Assembly (NCBI GenBank): GCA_963721435.1
Contig: CAVRJC010000012.1
Span: 215,488-279,487 of the forward strand
Reading direction: 5' to 3'
DNA: 64,000 nucleotides
Source of the DNA: an uncultured Actinomycetes bacterium
Lineage (GTDB): Bacteria; Actinomycetota; Acidimicrobiia; IMCC26256; DASPTH01
The position numbers and the translations under genes were made by a program. Of this stretch, positions 18,791 to 29,828 are shown piece after piece (the stretch's first letter is position 1; every line of letters starts with the position of its first letter). A model generated the notes under the pieces. It was not told where the DNA came from and made no database searches. It saw nothing but the letters and a program-made list of their open reading frames with translations.

Positions 18791-20502
18791 TCACCCCGCG
18801 GCCGGCCGCAGGGTGCTGCCGGTGCTCGGGCAGTTCACGCACGGCACCGGTGCGGTCAGGGGCACCGGCGGCGTGTCGAACTGGTTGATCGACGCTGACA
18901 CGACGAAGAACGCGAGCGGCTTCGTGGGCCACTGGCCCGCGTGGTAGCGCTTCGCGCCGTCGAGGTACCAGGTGGTGCCGGTGCCCTTCGTGCCGAGGAT
19001 CTGCGAGAAGCTCTCGGTGGTCGCATCGAACCACACCGGCGCGAAGTCGGTGCCGAGTGCCATGTACTCGTCGTACGGCAGTCCCACGGTCTTGCCGTAC
19101 CCGGTCTGGAACGACGCCGGGTTCGCCGACGCGGCGCCGCCGGACGGCGGGCAGTGCGAACAGCCCTTGCTGGAAGGTCTTCGGCGTGAGGTTCGGGCCC
19201 GCGGCGTGGATGCCCGCCATGACCCATCCGATCCACGATGCGCCCTGCACGCTGTAGGTGCCGTTGTTCGGGCCCCAGAACCACGCGAACGGGTCGGTGC
19301 TGCTGTTCTGACCACCCGCGCTGGCGACGTACGGGTACAGGTTCGAGATGCCGAACGCGTGCGCCCACTGGTCGCGGTCGTAGTTGCGGCTCAGGATGCT
19401 CAGGTCCTGGTACTGGTACGCGGTGATCACCCACTCAGGCCGGAACTCCTGCTGTGTGGCCTGTTGCAGCACCGCGGTCGTCATCGCGACGTCGGTGAAC
19501 AGGAACACCGTCGTGACACCGGAGCTCTTCAGCTTCGTGACGATGGTCGGCGCGGCTTGCTGGGCCGAGACGGAGTCACCGAGGGTCGACCCGTTCGACG
19601 TGTACGGCAACGACTCGACGACCTTGCCCTTGTACTTCGCGAGCTGCGCCGAGAAGCCGTCGACGTCGATGGTCGCGTCGGCGTAGATCGTGCCGAACAC
19701 GCGCTTGCTGCTTCTGCAGCGCGGGGTCACCGGCCCACTGCAGCGGTACCGCCGACCAACTGCTTGCCCGCGAACTCCGCGGTGTTGATCGCGCTCGCCT
19801 GCGCGTCGCTCTGGCCCCACCGGTACGGTGCCTGCTGCAGCGACTTCGCCACCGTGCCCGCGTACCCGTTCACCGGCACGTGCGCAGACGCGATCGCGGC
19901 TTCGAACGCGTCGAGACCCACGGGTGTCGCGTCGATCACTGCGAACGGCTTCTTCGCGAGCACCGCGACGGCGTCGGCGCGTTGCGCGGCCTCGTCGGTG
20001 CCCGTCGACTCGACGAACTGCAGATCGACGGTGCGGCCGTACGTCTCGTAGGTGTGCGCCGCCGCGGCGAGGAGGTCGCGCAGCGCGTTCTGCATGGTGC
20101 CGGTCTTCCCCGTCGTGCGGTCGACCGGCGGCGAGCCGCCCGCGCTGGTCTGCGCCGCGAGTTGCTGCGCCGACGGCACGATCGCGACCACCGTGATCGC
20201 GTCCTTGGTCACGCCCTGTGCGGTCGCGCCGCCGTTGTCCTTGCCCGCCGGCCACGGGACGACGCACACCGGCCCCGTGCCGACGCGGTCGTTGTCCCAG
20301 CGACCGTACGGCCCGATCGTGGCGTTGCACTTCGGGTCGCTCATGGCGGCCGCGGTGCCCATACCGGTTCCCGCCGGCGGCTTCGCAGCCCCCGGCGCGT
20401 GGGCGGCCCCGGCGGCCGCGCCCCCTCAGCCGGCGCGATCGCGGCAACGCCGGCGATCGCGAGCACGCACACCGCGATCGACCCGACCCATCGTCGCACC
20501 AT
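18791..20502 (-). pseudogene. solute-binding protein (Leu/Ile/Val-type ABC receptor family) disrupted by at least three frame changes
   Basis: Signal peptide MVRRWVGSIAVCVLAIAGVAAIAPAEG from ATG 20502. The frame changes in the C5 run 20421-20425, within 19700-19735 and near 19150. The body is spread over track ORFs 19727..20362, 18732..20447 and 18791..19315. No ABC permease or ATPase genes are adjacent. Confidence 0.7.
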
Positions 20503-20578
20503 GCTCCCCCCAGAGATCGTGCCGCGTGCGCAAGTATGGCACGGAACCTGATATCCCGTCAGCCCTGCTGATATTTCA

Positions 20579-21364
20579 TCACAACGCGGCTTCGGTGATC
20601 GTCTCGACGGTCTGACCGACACCGGCCGCGTTCATGTGGATCGTCATGCCCGAGAGCCGAGCCGCGTCACCAACGAGCCCGACGAGGGGGCGCCCGATGT
20701 CGAGCTCGGGGTCACCCAGGCGGCCTCCCGGCATCGACGCGACGGCCGCCGCGTACTTCTCCGGCTCGCGCGCCTTCCAGTTCATCGTCATCGCCGACTC
20801 GGCGCTCGGGTTGATCATGAACACGGAGATGCCGTCCGCCGCCCACTCGTCGGCGGCTGCGCGGGTCAGCGCCTCGATCGCGCGCTTGGCCGCGTTGTAG
20901 GGACCGTAACGACTGGTGTTCGGCAGGTGGGTCGCGCTCGACCCGACGTTCACCACCACGCCTCCGCGTTGCGCGAGATGCGGGTGCGCGAGCCGCATGA
21001 ACCGGAACGTCGCGAGCGGTCCCGACTCCCACGCGTCCGTCATGTCGTCGTCGGTCGAGTCGAGGATGAAGGCGTACCGGATGTTCTGCGCGTTGTTGAC
21101 GACGATGTCGACGCCCCCGAACGTGGCCACGGCCCGATCCATGCATGCCGCGATGGCGGCCGCGTCTTGAACGTCACACGCCACCGGTACGGCGGCCCCG
21201 CCGCGCGCCTCGATCTCGGCACAGGTCTCGGTCAACTTGTCGATCGACCGGGCTGCCGCCACGACCGAAGCACCGGCATCGGCGAACGCCAAGGCAATGC
21301 CTCGACCGATCCCCTGACTGGCGCCGGTCACGATTGCGACCCGACCCGCGAGGTCATCAGTCAC
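20579..21364 (-). CDS. SDR-family oxidoreductase
   Basis: GTG 21364. VAIVTGASQGIGRGIA, NNAQ, YNAAKRA. Confidence 0.92.
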   Translation of the reverse strand: MTDDLAGRVAIVTGASQGIGRGIALAFADAGASVVAAARSIDKLTETCAEIEARGGAAVPVACDVQDAAAIAACMDRAVATFGGVDIVVNNAQNIRYAFILDSTDDDMTDAWESGPLATFRFMRLAHPHLAQRGGVVVNVGSSATHLPNTSRYGPYNAAKRAIEALTRAAADEWAADGISVFMINPSAESAMTMNWKAREPEKYAAAVASMPGGRLGDPELDIGRPLVGLVGDAARLSGMTIHMNAAGVGQTVETITEAAL

Positions 21365-21381
21365 GTTGCTTCCCCCTCGAT

Positions 21382-22194
21382 TCAGCGCCAGATGTTGCCG
21401 GTGATCGCGCTCATACGCTCGACGACCTGGCGACGGAACGCGGCCGTACCGCCCACGCTCCCTTCCTCGCCGTCGGCCACGTTCGCGAACTCGGTCGGCC
21501 CCTTCCCGAGCATGTGCAGGATTCGTCGCCCGACCACGTCGGGATCCGCAGGGTTCCGGAGCTGCTCGGCATCGGCATCGTCGACGCCTCCCGTCTCAGG
21601 CCGCTGGCCCTTGTAGTTCTCGGTTGCCGTCGCGCCGACTGCGTAACAGAACGCGTCGACGCCGGATTCGCCGAGCTCGGCCCAGAGCCCTTCCGCGAGG
21701 ATCCACTCGTAGGCCTTCGCCGCGAAGTACGACGAGAACACCTTCCCGCCCTGGAACTGCCCCAACGACCCGACCAGGACGATGCCGCCATGACCCCGGC
21801 CGATCATCGGCCGCGCGAGCTGGTACACCAGCACGGTGGGCACCGTCACGTTCACGGCAATGTTCACCAGATGCTCGTCCAGCGGCAGTTCGAGGAAGTA
21901 GCCACGAGGCTCGGCTGCGGCGTTGTAGACCATGAGCCCGATCGAGAGATCGGCAACCGCCGCGAGCACGCGCTCGGCCGCATCCGTCGCGGCGAGGTCG
22001 ACGGGCAGCGCGCGCGTTTGGACGCCGTACTCGGCGCGCAGCGCTCGACAACGCTCGTCGAGCAGCTCGGCACGACGCGCCACCAAGACCACGTTGATCC
22101 CGCGTGACGCGGCCTCCCGTGCCGCACCCAGTCCGATCCCGGCCGACCCTCCGAGCACCAGCGCCCACGGCCCGTACCGAGCTGCGAAGTCCAT
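21382..22194 (-). CDS. SDR-family oxidoreductase
   Basis: ATG 22194. ALVLGGSAGIGLGAA, YFAAKAY. The upstream part of the track ORF (to 22593) is read-through. Confidence 0.85.
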   Translation of the reverse strand: MDFAARYGPWALVLGGSAGIGLGAAREAASRGINVVLVARRAELLDERCRALRAEYGVQTRALPVDLAATDAAERVLAAVADLSIGLMVYNAAAEPRGYFLELPLDEHLVNIAVNVTVPTVLVYQLARPMIGRGHGGIVLVGSLGQFQGGKVFSSYFAAKAYEWILAEGLWAELGESGVDAFCYAVGATATENYKGQRPETGGVDDADAEQLRNPADPDVVGRRILHMLGKGPTEFANVADGEEGSVGGTAAFRRQVVERMSAITGNIWR

Positions 22195-22297
22195 GCCGTC
22201 GTCTCCTTGTCGGCTCAGCCTGCGGTCGGCAAGTATGCCATCCTGCACCTGGCATTCCGTCGCTGCTGCCGACATGTCAGCACTGAGGAGGATCTCG

Positions 22298-23077
22298 ATG
22301 TTGCTCGCCGACAAGTCGGTCGTGATCACTGGTGCCGGTTCGGGAGTCGGGCGGGCGTCGTCACTGCGCTTCGCGGCCGAGGGCGCCCGGGTGGTGTGCG
22401 CCGACGTGCGCGACGACTGGGCCGCCGAGACGGCGCGCCTCGTCACCGAGGCCGGTGGCACCGCGATCCCGCAGCGGTGCGACGTCACCGTCGAAGACGA
22501 TGTCGTCGCCGCGATCGCCGCCGCAGTCGCGGCGTTCGGTCGTCTCGACGTGATGTTCAACAACGCGGGTGTCACCGGCTCGGTGCCGGGCATGGCGTTC
22601 GAGGATCACACCGCCGACGACTTCGAACGGCTCACCGCGATCAACTTCCGTGGGGTGTTCCACGGCTGCAAGCACGCGGTCAAGCAGTTCAAGGCAGAGG
22701 GCGGCGGCGGCGTCATCGTCAACACGGGTTCGATCGCGGGGATGGTCGGCTTCGGCAGCGTGGTCTACGGCGCGACGAAGGGGGCGGTGAACCAGATCAC
22801 GCGCGGCGTCGCGATCGAATGCGCGCCCTTCGGCATCCGGTGCAACGCGATCTGCCCCGGAGCGATGCCACTCACGAACTTCACGTTCAACCGCCCGGAG
22901 CAGGCGTTCCAACCGCGCCCCGACGAGTTTCTCGACATGGTCGCGTCGCTCCAGCCTCTCGGTCGCTACATCACGGCCGAAGACTGCGCGGCCGCGGCAG
23001 TGTTCCTGGCATCCGACGAAGCCGCCAACCTCACCGGCGTGCTGTTGCCGATCGACGGCGGGTACGTCGCGCGGTAG
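22298..23077 (+). CDS. SDR-family oxidoreductase
   Basis: GAGGAG upstream of ATG 22298. VVITGAGSGVGRA, NNAG, YGATKGA. Confidence 0.92.
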   Translation: MLLADKSVVITGAGSGVGRASSLRFAAEGARVVCADVRDDWAAETARLVTEAGGTAIPQRCDVTVEDDVVAAIAAAVAAFGRLDVMFNNAGVTGSVPGMAFEDHTADDFERLTAINFRGVFHGCKHAVKQFKAEGGGGVIVNTGSIAGMVGFGSVVYGATKGAVNQITRGVAIECAPFGIRCNAICPGAMPLTNFTFNRPEQAFQPRPDEFLDMVASLQPLGRYITAEDCAAAAVFLASDEAANLTGVLLPIDGGYVAR

Positions 23078-23098
23078 CTGTTGTCGCTTGCGCGCGGG

Positions 23099-24395
23099 CT
23101 ACCCGCCGTCGACGTCCCACACCGCGGGCACCGCGGTGGGCATGCGGAACGTGAGGCCGGTGACGTGCGGAGCCGGCGCATCGGGGTCGAACCGCAGGTT
23201 CGGGAGCAGGTCGAGGGTGCGGTTGAGCAGCACGCTGAGCTCCGCGCGCGCGAGGTGGATGCCGAGGCACCGGTGGATGCCGAACCCGAAGCTGAGATGG
23301 CGGTCGGGCCGGTCGCGGAAGATGTCGAACGTCTCCGGCTCGCTCCCCCACTGCGCAGGGTCGTGATTCGCCGCGCCGATGTTCACCGCGACCGGGCAGC
23401 CCGCGGCGACGTCGACGCCGCCGACGGTGGTGTCGGCGTTCGCGACGCGCTGCACCGCGGCGAGCGGCTGTTCGATGCGGAGCGACTCCTCGATCGCGAG
23501 CGGCACGAGCGAACGGTCGTCACGCACCGCCGCGAGCTGCTCGGGATTGCTCAGCAGGAGGAACAGCAGGTTGCCGTACGCCTTGTAGGTGGTTCCCGCG
23601 CCCGCGATGATCAGCAGCCGTACGAAGATGTTGACCTCTTCGTCGGTGAGCGGCCGGCTGTCGTCCATCACGTCGGCTTCGGTGGCTTCGATGCGCGCCT
23701 CGACGAGCAGCGACAGCAGATCGTTCTTCGGGCTGCCGCGACGCTCGGCGATGAGCGGGGCGACGTACTCCGCGACCGCGTTGGAGTTGCCGAAGATGTC
23801 GCCCCCCGACGTCATGCCGATCGCCCAGTCGAAGAACTTCCGCTGGTCTTCGCCGGGGAGGCCGAGCGCGACCGCGATCGTCTGCACCGGCACGTTGGGC
23901 GCCACTTCTTCGTAGAGGTCGGCCTTGCCGAGCGGCTTGATGCGCAACAGGTGCTCGTCGACGACCGGCTGGATGATGTCGCCCTTCCAGCGCTCCATCT
24001 TCGGCTTGCTGAACGCGGTCTGCAGCAACAGCCGCATGCGGCGGTGCTCGGGCTCGTCCATCCCGATCACGCTCTTGCCGATCGCGAGGTTCAGCGCCGG
24101 CCCGTAGAAGCCCTCCGACGACAGCACGTCGGCCTGGCGCAGCGCATCTAGCGCGGGCTCGTACGCGTGCACGGTGACGGTGCGGTCCTCGACGACGCCG
24201 TCGAACTGGCGGCTCGAGCGGGTTCGGGAAGTGCTTGCTCAGACTGCCGTGCTCGACCGGGCACCGCTGGAGCAGCTCGTGGAACACCGGATACGGGTCG
24301 TCGACGATGCCCGCGCCCATCGCGCGATTCCGCGCCGCGTCGGCCTCGGTCGCGCCGACCATGATCTCGGGCTCGCTCACGGTGGGCTCGCTCAC
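23099..24395 (-). CDS. cytochrome P450, apparent +1 frameshift near 24208-24213
   Basis: I-helix AGAGTTY, EESLRIEQP, heme loop FGFGIHRCLGIHLA. The N-terminal ~60 aa (VSEPTV..HFPNPLEP) are in another frame. GTG 24395 overlaps the upstream stop (GTGA). Confidence 0.8.
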
Positions 24396-25666
24396 GCGAC
24401 GGTTCCGGGGATGGCTTCCTTGCCGGAGAGCCAGTGGCGCCCGGCATCCCGCAGGTCGTCCCACTTGCTCATGTCGACGCCCACCTGGCCGAACTCCTCG
24501 GGCGTCGGCCCGATGCGCTCGACGAGCGGCGCGAGCTTGTCGACGTCGAAGCCGTAGAACTCCGCCGCGTTGAGCCCGAGGAGGCGACGGGTGTCGTCGA
24601 CCGGGCAGTCCCAGAACGTCTCCCGGCACCACTCCTTCGTGTGCGGCCACGTTCCTTCGGGATGCGGGAAGTCGTTCCCCCACATGATGTTGTCGACGCC
24701 GATCTCGTAGCGCCGCGCGATCTCGCGCCGACGCGTGTTCGACGAGCCGATCTTCACGTTGCGGTCGATGTACTCGCTCGGGAGCATCGAGAGCTTGGGC
24801 GCGATGTTGCCCATCTTCTTGGTCGCGTGCTCCTGCGTGTACGCGGAGTCCCACTTCCAGAGGAAGTCGGCCAGCCACCAGCACCCGCCTTCGGTCACCG
24901 CGAACTTGAGGCCCGGGTAGCGCTCGAACACACCCGACCAGAGCAGGAACCACATCGGTCGCGCGGTCCACCAGATCGTCTCGGTCGCGTAGATGCCGAT
25001 GTCGTCGGCGATGTCTTCACGCGGCGCGGGGCCGGTGTGCGTGTGCACCGGCATCTGGAGCTCCTCGCACACCGCCCAGATCGGGTTGTACCGCGCGTCG
25101 TTGTACGCGGGGAACGGGCGCCACAGTGCAGGGATCAGCAGGCCGCGCAGACCGGACGCGTGCGCCCGCCGGATCTCCGCGACCGCGTCGTCGATGTCGT
25201 GGAGGATCGGCGCGATCGCGAGGCCGCACCGGCGGTCGGGGCTGTCGGAGCACAGCTCGGCCAGCCACCGGTTGTGCGCGCGGGCGCCGGCCATCAGCAG
25301 CTCGGCGTCGAACTCGCCGCCGAAGCCGAGCCCGGCGCCGAACGGCGCCGACGCTCCGCCTCGCACCGCGTCGGCGTCGGGGAAGATCACCTCACCGGCG
25401 ACGCCGTCGGCGTCGAGCTCCTTGTCGCGGTGGGCGGCGTCCCACCCACCTTCGAGGCCCTCTTCGTTCTCCTCGTACCACTTGTCGACGAACTGCTTCG
25501 CGTCGCTCTGCTCGCGCGCCGCATTCATCGTCGCGCGCATCGCGTGTCGCTGCGCGATGTCGTCGTCGAACCGCTCGCGGTACTGCGGATCGAGGTACTC
25601 GCGGTAGCGCTCGTCGGGCAGGCCTGCGTGCGTGTCGGACGAGATGACGAGATAGCGGTCACTCAC
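24392..25666 (-). CDS. amidohydrolase_2 family protein
   Basis: GTG 25666 overlaps the upstream stop (GTGA). DRYLVISSDTHAG, MPVHTHTG, WGNDFPHPEGTWP. Confidence 0.88.
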   Translation of the reverse strand: MSDRYLVISSDTHAGLPDERYREYLDPQYRERFDDDIAQRHAMRATMNAAREQSDAKQFVDKWYEENEEGLEGGWDAAHRDKELDADGVAGEVIFPDADAVRGGASAPFGAGLGFGGEFDAELLMAGARAHNRWLAELCSDSPDRRCGLAIAPILHDIDDAVAEIRRAHASGLRGLLIPALWRPFPAYNDARYNPIWAVCEELQMPVHTHTGPAPREDIADDIGIYATETIWWTARPMWFLLWSGVFERYPGLKFAVTEGGCWWLADFLWKWDSAYTQEHATKKMGNIAPKLSMLPSEYIDRNVKIGSSNTRRREIARRYEIGVDNIMWGNDFPHPEGTWPHTKEWCRETFWDCPVDDTRRLLGLNAAEFYGFDVDKLAPLVERIGPTPEEFGQVGVDMSKWDDLRDAGRHWLSGKEAIPGTVA

Positions 25667-26888
25667 CAAGGCTTCAGCTCCTGATCCGCGAACGCCATCG
25701 ACAACGTGTCGGCCGGGATCGCGTCGAGCGGCTGGAACGTCTGCTCGATCGTCGGGCCGACGCGCTCGGCGACCGGCGCGAGCGCGTCGAGGTCGAAGCC
25801 GTACACCTCGGCCGCGTTGCCGCCGACCATCAGCGCGACCTCGTCGGTCGGCACACCGGCGAAGGTGTTCTGCAGCGCCTCACGCGGTGTACGGGTACGT
25901 GCCCTCGCCGTGCGGGTAGTCCTGGCCCCACATGATGCGGTCGACGCCGATCTTGTAGCGCACCTTGCACTCCGACGGCCGGAAGAAGCTCGCGCCCGCG
26001 TAGCAGTTGCTGGTTCCAGCACTCGCTCGGCGACATCTTCATCTCCGCCGCGATCGCGCCACCGAAGTGCGCCTCGGCCGCGCCGGGCGTGAGGAACCGC
26101 TCGTAGTGGTGGTCGAGCAACGCGAGCGCGCCCGGCACCCAGCCCGCCGACTGCTCGGTGAGCACGAGCTTCAGGCCCGGGTGACGACCGAACGCACCGC
26201 CGAACACCATGTGCCAGAACACGCGGTGCGAGAACCACCCGAGCTCGATCATCCAGATCGCCATCGACGCCGGGTAGTTCCCGAAGTCGGGGCCCGACTG
26301 GCCGCTGTGGTTGTTGATCGGCATGTCGAGCTCTTCGCACACCTGCCAGATCGGCTCGTAGTCGGGCGCGATCAGCGGCGGCAGCCCCGAGTCGGGCGGC
26401 ACGCCCGGCAGCAGGATCCCGCCGAAGAGGTTCTGCTCGCGCGCCCAGCGGATCTCCTCGACCGCGGCGGGGATGTCGTTCAGGAAGATCTGCGCCATGC
26501 CCGCGCGGCGACCGGGCACGTCGTTGCAGAAGTCGACCATCCAGCGGTTGTGCGCGCGCAGCCCGGCCCACCGCAGCTCGAAGTCCTCGGCGTCGGGCTG
26601 GCGCGCGACGAGGTTGCTGCTCGGGAAGAACGGCGGCACCGTGTTCGGGAACAGCACCTCCGCGACCACGCCGTCGTCCTCGAGCTCCTGCCGGCGCCGC
26701 TGCGAGTCCCAGTTGCGGTACGCGAACTGCCCGCGCAGGTCGGTGAACGGGTTCACGTACGACTTCGCCCACTCGTCGAACTCGTCGAGGTACTTCTGCT
26801 CGAGGTACTCGCGGTACTCCGTCATCTGGCCACCCGCGTGCCCGTCCGACGAGATCACGATGTAGCGGTCACCCGCGAGCTGTGCCAT
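25663..26888 (-). pseudogene. amidohydrolase_2 family protein, tandem paralogue of 24392..25666, two +1 frame changes (~26009 and ~25885)
   Basis: ATG 26888. DRYIVISSDGHAG..MPINNHSG runs in one frame up to MSPSECWNQ. The second frame then gives NCYAGASFFRPSECKVRYKIGVDRIMWGQDYPHGEGTYPYT. The third frame gives REALQNTFAGVPTDEVALMVGGNAAEVYGFD..ELKPW*. Confidence 0.78.
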
Positions 26889-26911
26889 GCGACTCCCCCG
26901 ACTCGATGCCT

Positions 26912-26945
26912 GTCAGCTGAGATTTCAGCGCTCGTGATAGCTGAC
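26912..26945 (-). promoter_or_regulatory. inverted repeat GTCAGCT-N20-AGCTGAC upstream of the amidohydrolase gene (candidate operator)
   Basis: 7-bp perfect arms in an unusually AT-richer 5' region. Contains the TCAGCTGA palindrome and is followed by a CTGACTG direct repeat (26941-26956). Confidence 0.25.
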
Positions 26946-27017
26946 TGCACTGACTGTAACCCCGTGCGCCAAAGGGCCGCAAGGGTTCGGCACGGGTGCC
27001 GCCCGGGGAGAACGGGG

Positions 27018-28502
27018 TCAGCGGCTGCCCACGACGATGTGCTTCAGCTCCTGGAACTCCCGCACGCCGGCGATGCCACGCTCGCGTCCGATGCCGCTCT
27101 GCTTGTAGCCACCCATCGGGGTGAACGACGTCGCCGCCGACGTGTTCACCTGCACCGTCCCGGAGCGGATCCGCTCCGCGATCGACAGCCCGAGCGCGAG
27201 ATCGTCGGTGTACACCCCGCCCGACAGGCCGTACTCGCTGTCGTTGGCGATCGCGACCGCTTCGTCGACGTCGGTGTAGCCCTGCACGGTGATCACCGGC
27301 CCGAACACCTCGCGCTGCGCGAGCGGGTTGGCGTTGTCGTCGATGTCGACGACGGTCGGCGAGTAGTACCAGCCCCGTTCGAGGTTCTCGGGCCGGTGGC
27401 CGCCGGCGACGAGGCGGCCGCCGGCCGCGAGGCCCTCCGCGACCAGGCCTTCGACACGCGCGCGGTGCGCCTCGGTGATGAGCGGCCCGACCATCGTCGA
27501 CGCCTCGTGCGGGTCGGCCGGCGGCATGCGCTCGGCGGCGGCGCCGACTGCGTCGAGCACCTCGGCCTTCTTGTCGTGCGGCACGAGCATCCGGGTCTGC
27601 AACGCGCAGCCCTGGCCCGCGTGCGCGGTGAACACCATCGCCGCCTGTCCGGCCGCGCCGGCAGGACCGTCGGCGAGCGCGTCGGGCAGGTGCAGCTGCA
27701 CGCTCTTGCCCCCGAGCTCCAGGATCACGCGCTTCAACGTTGCTGCAGCCTGCGTCGCGATGCTGCGACCGACCGCGACCGATCCCGTGAAGCTCACGAG
27801 GTCGACGGCCGGATGACTCGACAGGCGCTGACCGCCCTCCGCACCACCCTCGGCGACGACGTTCAGCACACCGGCCGGCAGGCCCGCCTCCTCGGCCGCC
27901 TCGCCGAACACGAGCGCGGACAGTGGCGTGAGCGGGCTCGGCCGCAGCACGACGGTGCAGCCGGTCGCGAGCGCGGGCATGACCTTCCACACGTTCGTGA
28001 TGAAGGGGAAGTTGTACGGCGTGATTGCGGCCACCACACCCACCGGCTCGTAGCGGCGGATCGAGAGTCGGAGCTTCGAACCCTGGAGCTGCTCGCGCAA
28101 CGGGAGCTCGTTGTGCTCCCACTCGGGGAGTGCGGCCACCATCGGCGGCATCTCGTGTGCGCTCTGGAGCGCGAGGCCGACCTGCGCGATCTGCGTGATC
28201 AGGCGCGGGCAACCGGCCTCCGCGATGATCGTCTCGACGAGCAGGTCGCGCCGCGCCTCGAGCGCGTCGGCCATGCGGCCGAGCACATCGGCCCGCTCGG
28301 CGGGTGTCATGCGGGGCCACGGGCCGTCGTCGAACGCGCGGCGCGCGGCGGCGATCGCATCGTCGACCTGTTCGAGCGATGCCGATTCCACGTCGGTGAA
28401 CGCCGATTCCGTCGACGGATCCTCGACCGCGAACGTGCCCCCGCCCCCCGGCACGAACGCGCCGTCGATGTACGGGCTCCGGGATGTGACGATGTCAGCC
28501 AT
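27018..28502 (-). CDS. NAD(P)-dependent aldehyde dehydrogenase
   Basis: ITPYNFPF, VILELGGKS, catalytic Cys region HAGQGCALQTR. 494 aa, intact. Confidence 0.93.
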   Translation of the reverse strand: MADIVTSRSPYIDGAFVPGGGGTFAVEDPSTESAFTDVESASLEQVDDAIAAARRAFDDGPWPRMTPAERADVLGRMADALEARRDLLVETIIAEAGCPRLITQIAQVGLALQSAHEMPPMVAALPEWEHNELPLREQLQGSKLRLSIRRYEPVGVVAAITPYNFPFITNVWKVMPALATGCTVVLRPSPLTPLSALVFGEAAEEAGLPAGVLNVVAEGGAEGGQRLSSHPAVDLVSFTGSVAVGRSIATQAAATLKRVILELGGKSVQLHLPDALADGPAGAAGQAAMVFTAHAGQGCALQTRMLVPHDKKAEVLDAVGAAAERMPPADPHEASTMVGPLITEAHRARVEGLVAEGLAAGGRLVAGGHRPENLERGWYYSPTVVDIDDNANPLAQREVFGPVITVQGYTDVDEAVAIANDSEYGLSGGVYTDDLALGLSIAERIRSGTVQVNTSAATSFTPMGGYKQSGIGRERGIAGVREFQELKHIVVGSR

Positions 28503-28510
28503 GCCGAGGC

Positions 28511-28540
28511 AAGATATTTGATATTCGACGCGCCGTCGAA
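28511..28540. promoter_or_regulatory. AT-rich divergent promoter segment with inverted repeat TTCGAC-N5-GTCGAA
   Basis: AAGATATTTGATATT (28511-28525) stands out in a GC-rich background. IR at 28524-28540. Lies between starts 28502 (-) and 28596 (+). Confidence 0.25.
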
Positions 28541-28595
28541 CGCCGGATAGACATGCGGGAGCGCGAGCGCACCGCCAGCCGCGAGAGGAACGCCC

Positions 28596-29037
28596 ATGAC
28601 CGCGACCCCGAATCCGCGACCCCGACCTCGACCTGTCGCTGTTCGGCGACGAGCACGTGCGGCGCTACGAGGAGACCGACGGTGCCGAGGGATACATGTG
28701 GAACGGCGCGCCCTGCGCCATCCTCACGACTCTCGGGCGCAAGAGCGGCACCCCGCGGAAGAGCGCGCTGATCTACGGCCAGGACGGCGACAACTACCTG
28801 CTCATCGCTTCGCAGGGCGGCGCGCCCACGCACCCGCAATGGTTCCTCAACCTGCGGGACAACCCCGAGGTCGAGCTCCAGGTGAAGGGCGACAAGTTCC
28901 GGGCGCGGGCGCGCATCGCCACCCCTGACGAGAAGCCGCGACTCTGGAAGATCATGACGAAGGACTGGCCGAGCTACGACGACTACCAGGCCCGCACCGA
29001 GCGTGAGATCCCGCTCGTCGTGATCGAACGCGTGTGA
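28596..29037 (+). CDS. deazaflavin (F420)-dependent nitroreductase / DDN-family protein; 5' end frameshifted or start uncertain
   Basis: Body LSLFGDEHVRRYEETDG..LTTLGRKSGTPRKSALIYG..APTHPQWFLNL. The frame is open back to 28600, but the only good start (ATG 28596 with GAGAGGA upstream) is in the neighbouring frame. The track starts at internal GTG 28657. Confidence 0.72.
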
Positions 29038-29816
29038 TGGGCCGGCTCGACAGCAAGGTCGCGATCGTCACCGGCGCCGGTCGCGGGATCGGGTATGCGT
29101 ACGCCGAGCGCTTCCTGCGGGAGGGCGCGTCGGTCATGGTCGCGGAGATCGACGCCGACACCGGCAAGCACGCGGCCGAGGCACTCGCCGACCTCGGCCC
29201 CACGGAGTTCGTGGCGACCGACGTCACGTCGGTGGACTCCGTCGACGCCTGCGTGCAGGCAACCGTCGACCGCTTCGGCCGCCTCGACGTCCTCATGAAC
29301 AACGCCGCGCTCTACGGCGACTGGGACATGAGCGACCAGAGTTTCGACTACCTGAAGAAGATGATCGACGTGAACCAGCACAGCGTGTGGCTGATGAGCC
29401 ACGCGGCCGCGCCGAAGATGGTGGAGGGTGGTGGTGGTCGCATCATCAACCAGGCATCGGGAGCCGCGTACAACTACGTGAGCCCGTTCCGCCCGGAGAC
29501 ATTCGCCGGCATGGGCACCTTCAACTACCAGATGTCGAAGTGGGGTGTGGTCGGGCTCACCAAGTTCATGGCCGGCTCGCTCGGCACGTGGGGCATCACG
29601 GTCAACTGCATCGCGCCGGGCGTGATCGACACCGAAGCGACGCGCAAGACCGTGCCCGGTGCGATCATCGAGCAGCTCGCGAAGCAGCAAGCGGTACCCG
29701 GTGTGCTGAACGCCGACGACCTCACCGGTGCTGCCGTCTTCTTCGCGAGCGACGAAGCCCGCTTCGTGACCGGCCAGGTGCTCGTGATCGACGGCGGCAA
29801 GCACATGCCCGCGTGA
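29034..29816 (+). CDS. SDR-family oxidoreductase
   Basis: VAIVTGAGRGIGYA, NNAA, YQMSKWG. The GTGATG start overlaps the upstream stop. Confidence 0.92.
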   Translation: MMGRLDSKVAIVTGAGRGIGYAYAERFLREGASVMVAEIDADTGKHAAEALADLGPTEFVATDVTSVDSVDACVQATVDRFGRLDVLMNNAALYGDWDMSDQSFDYLKKMIDVNQHSVWLMSHAAAPKMVEGGGGRIINQASGAAYNYVSPFRPETFAGMGTFNYQMSKWGVVGLTKFMAGSLGTWGITVNCIAPGVIDTEATRKTVPGAIIEQLAKQQAVPGVLNADDLTGAAVFFASDEARFVTGQVLVIDGGKHMPA

Positions 29817-29828
29817 TGCGTTCCTGAC

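Noticed and set aside
20503-20578. Direct repeat ATATCAG (x2) and inverted repeat CGTGCC-N14-GGCACG upstream of the binding-protein pseudogene as a regulatory site
   Set aside because: The arms are short and I saw no second occurrence elsewhere in the window. The downstream gene appears non-functional, so this is too weak to call.
26007-28550. Very long ORFs antisense to recognised genes: 26007..28550, 41371..44064, 59140..61482, 56829..59138, 12968..14809, 1447..3342, 36496..38310, 39910..41193 and many shorter ones
   Set aside because: Their translations are Arg/Gly/Pro/Ala/His-rich and low-complexity, with no family motifs. They lie opposite genes with clear family signatures. Long stop-free antisense frames are expected at this GC content.
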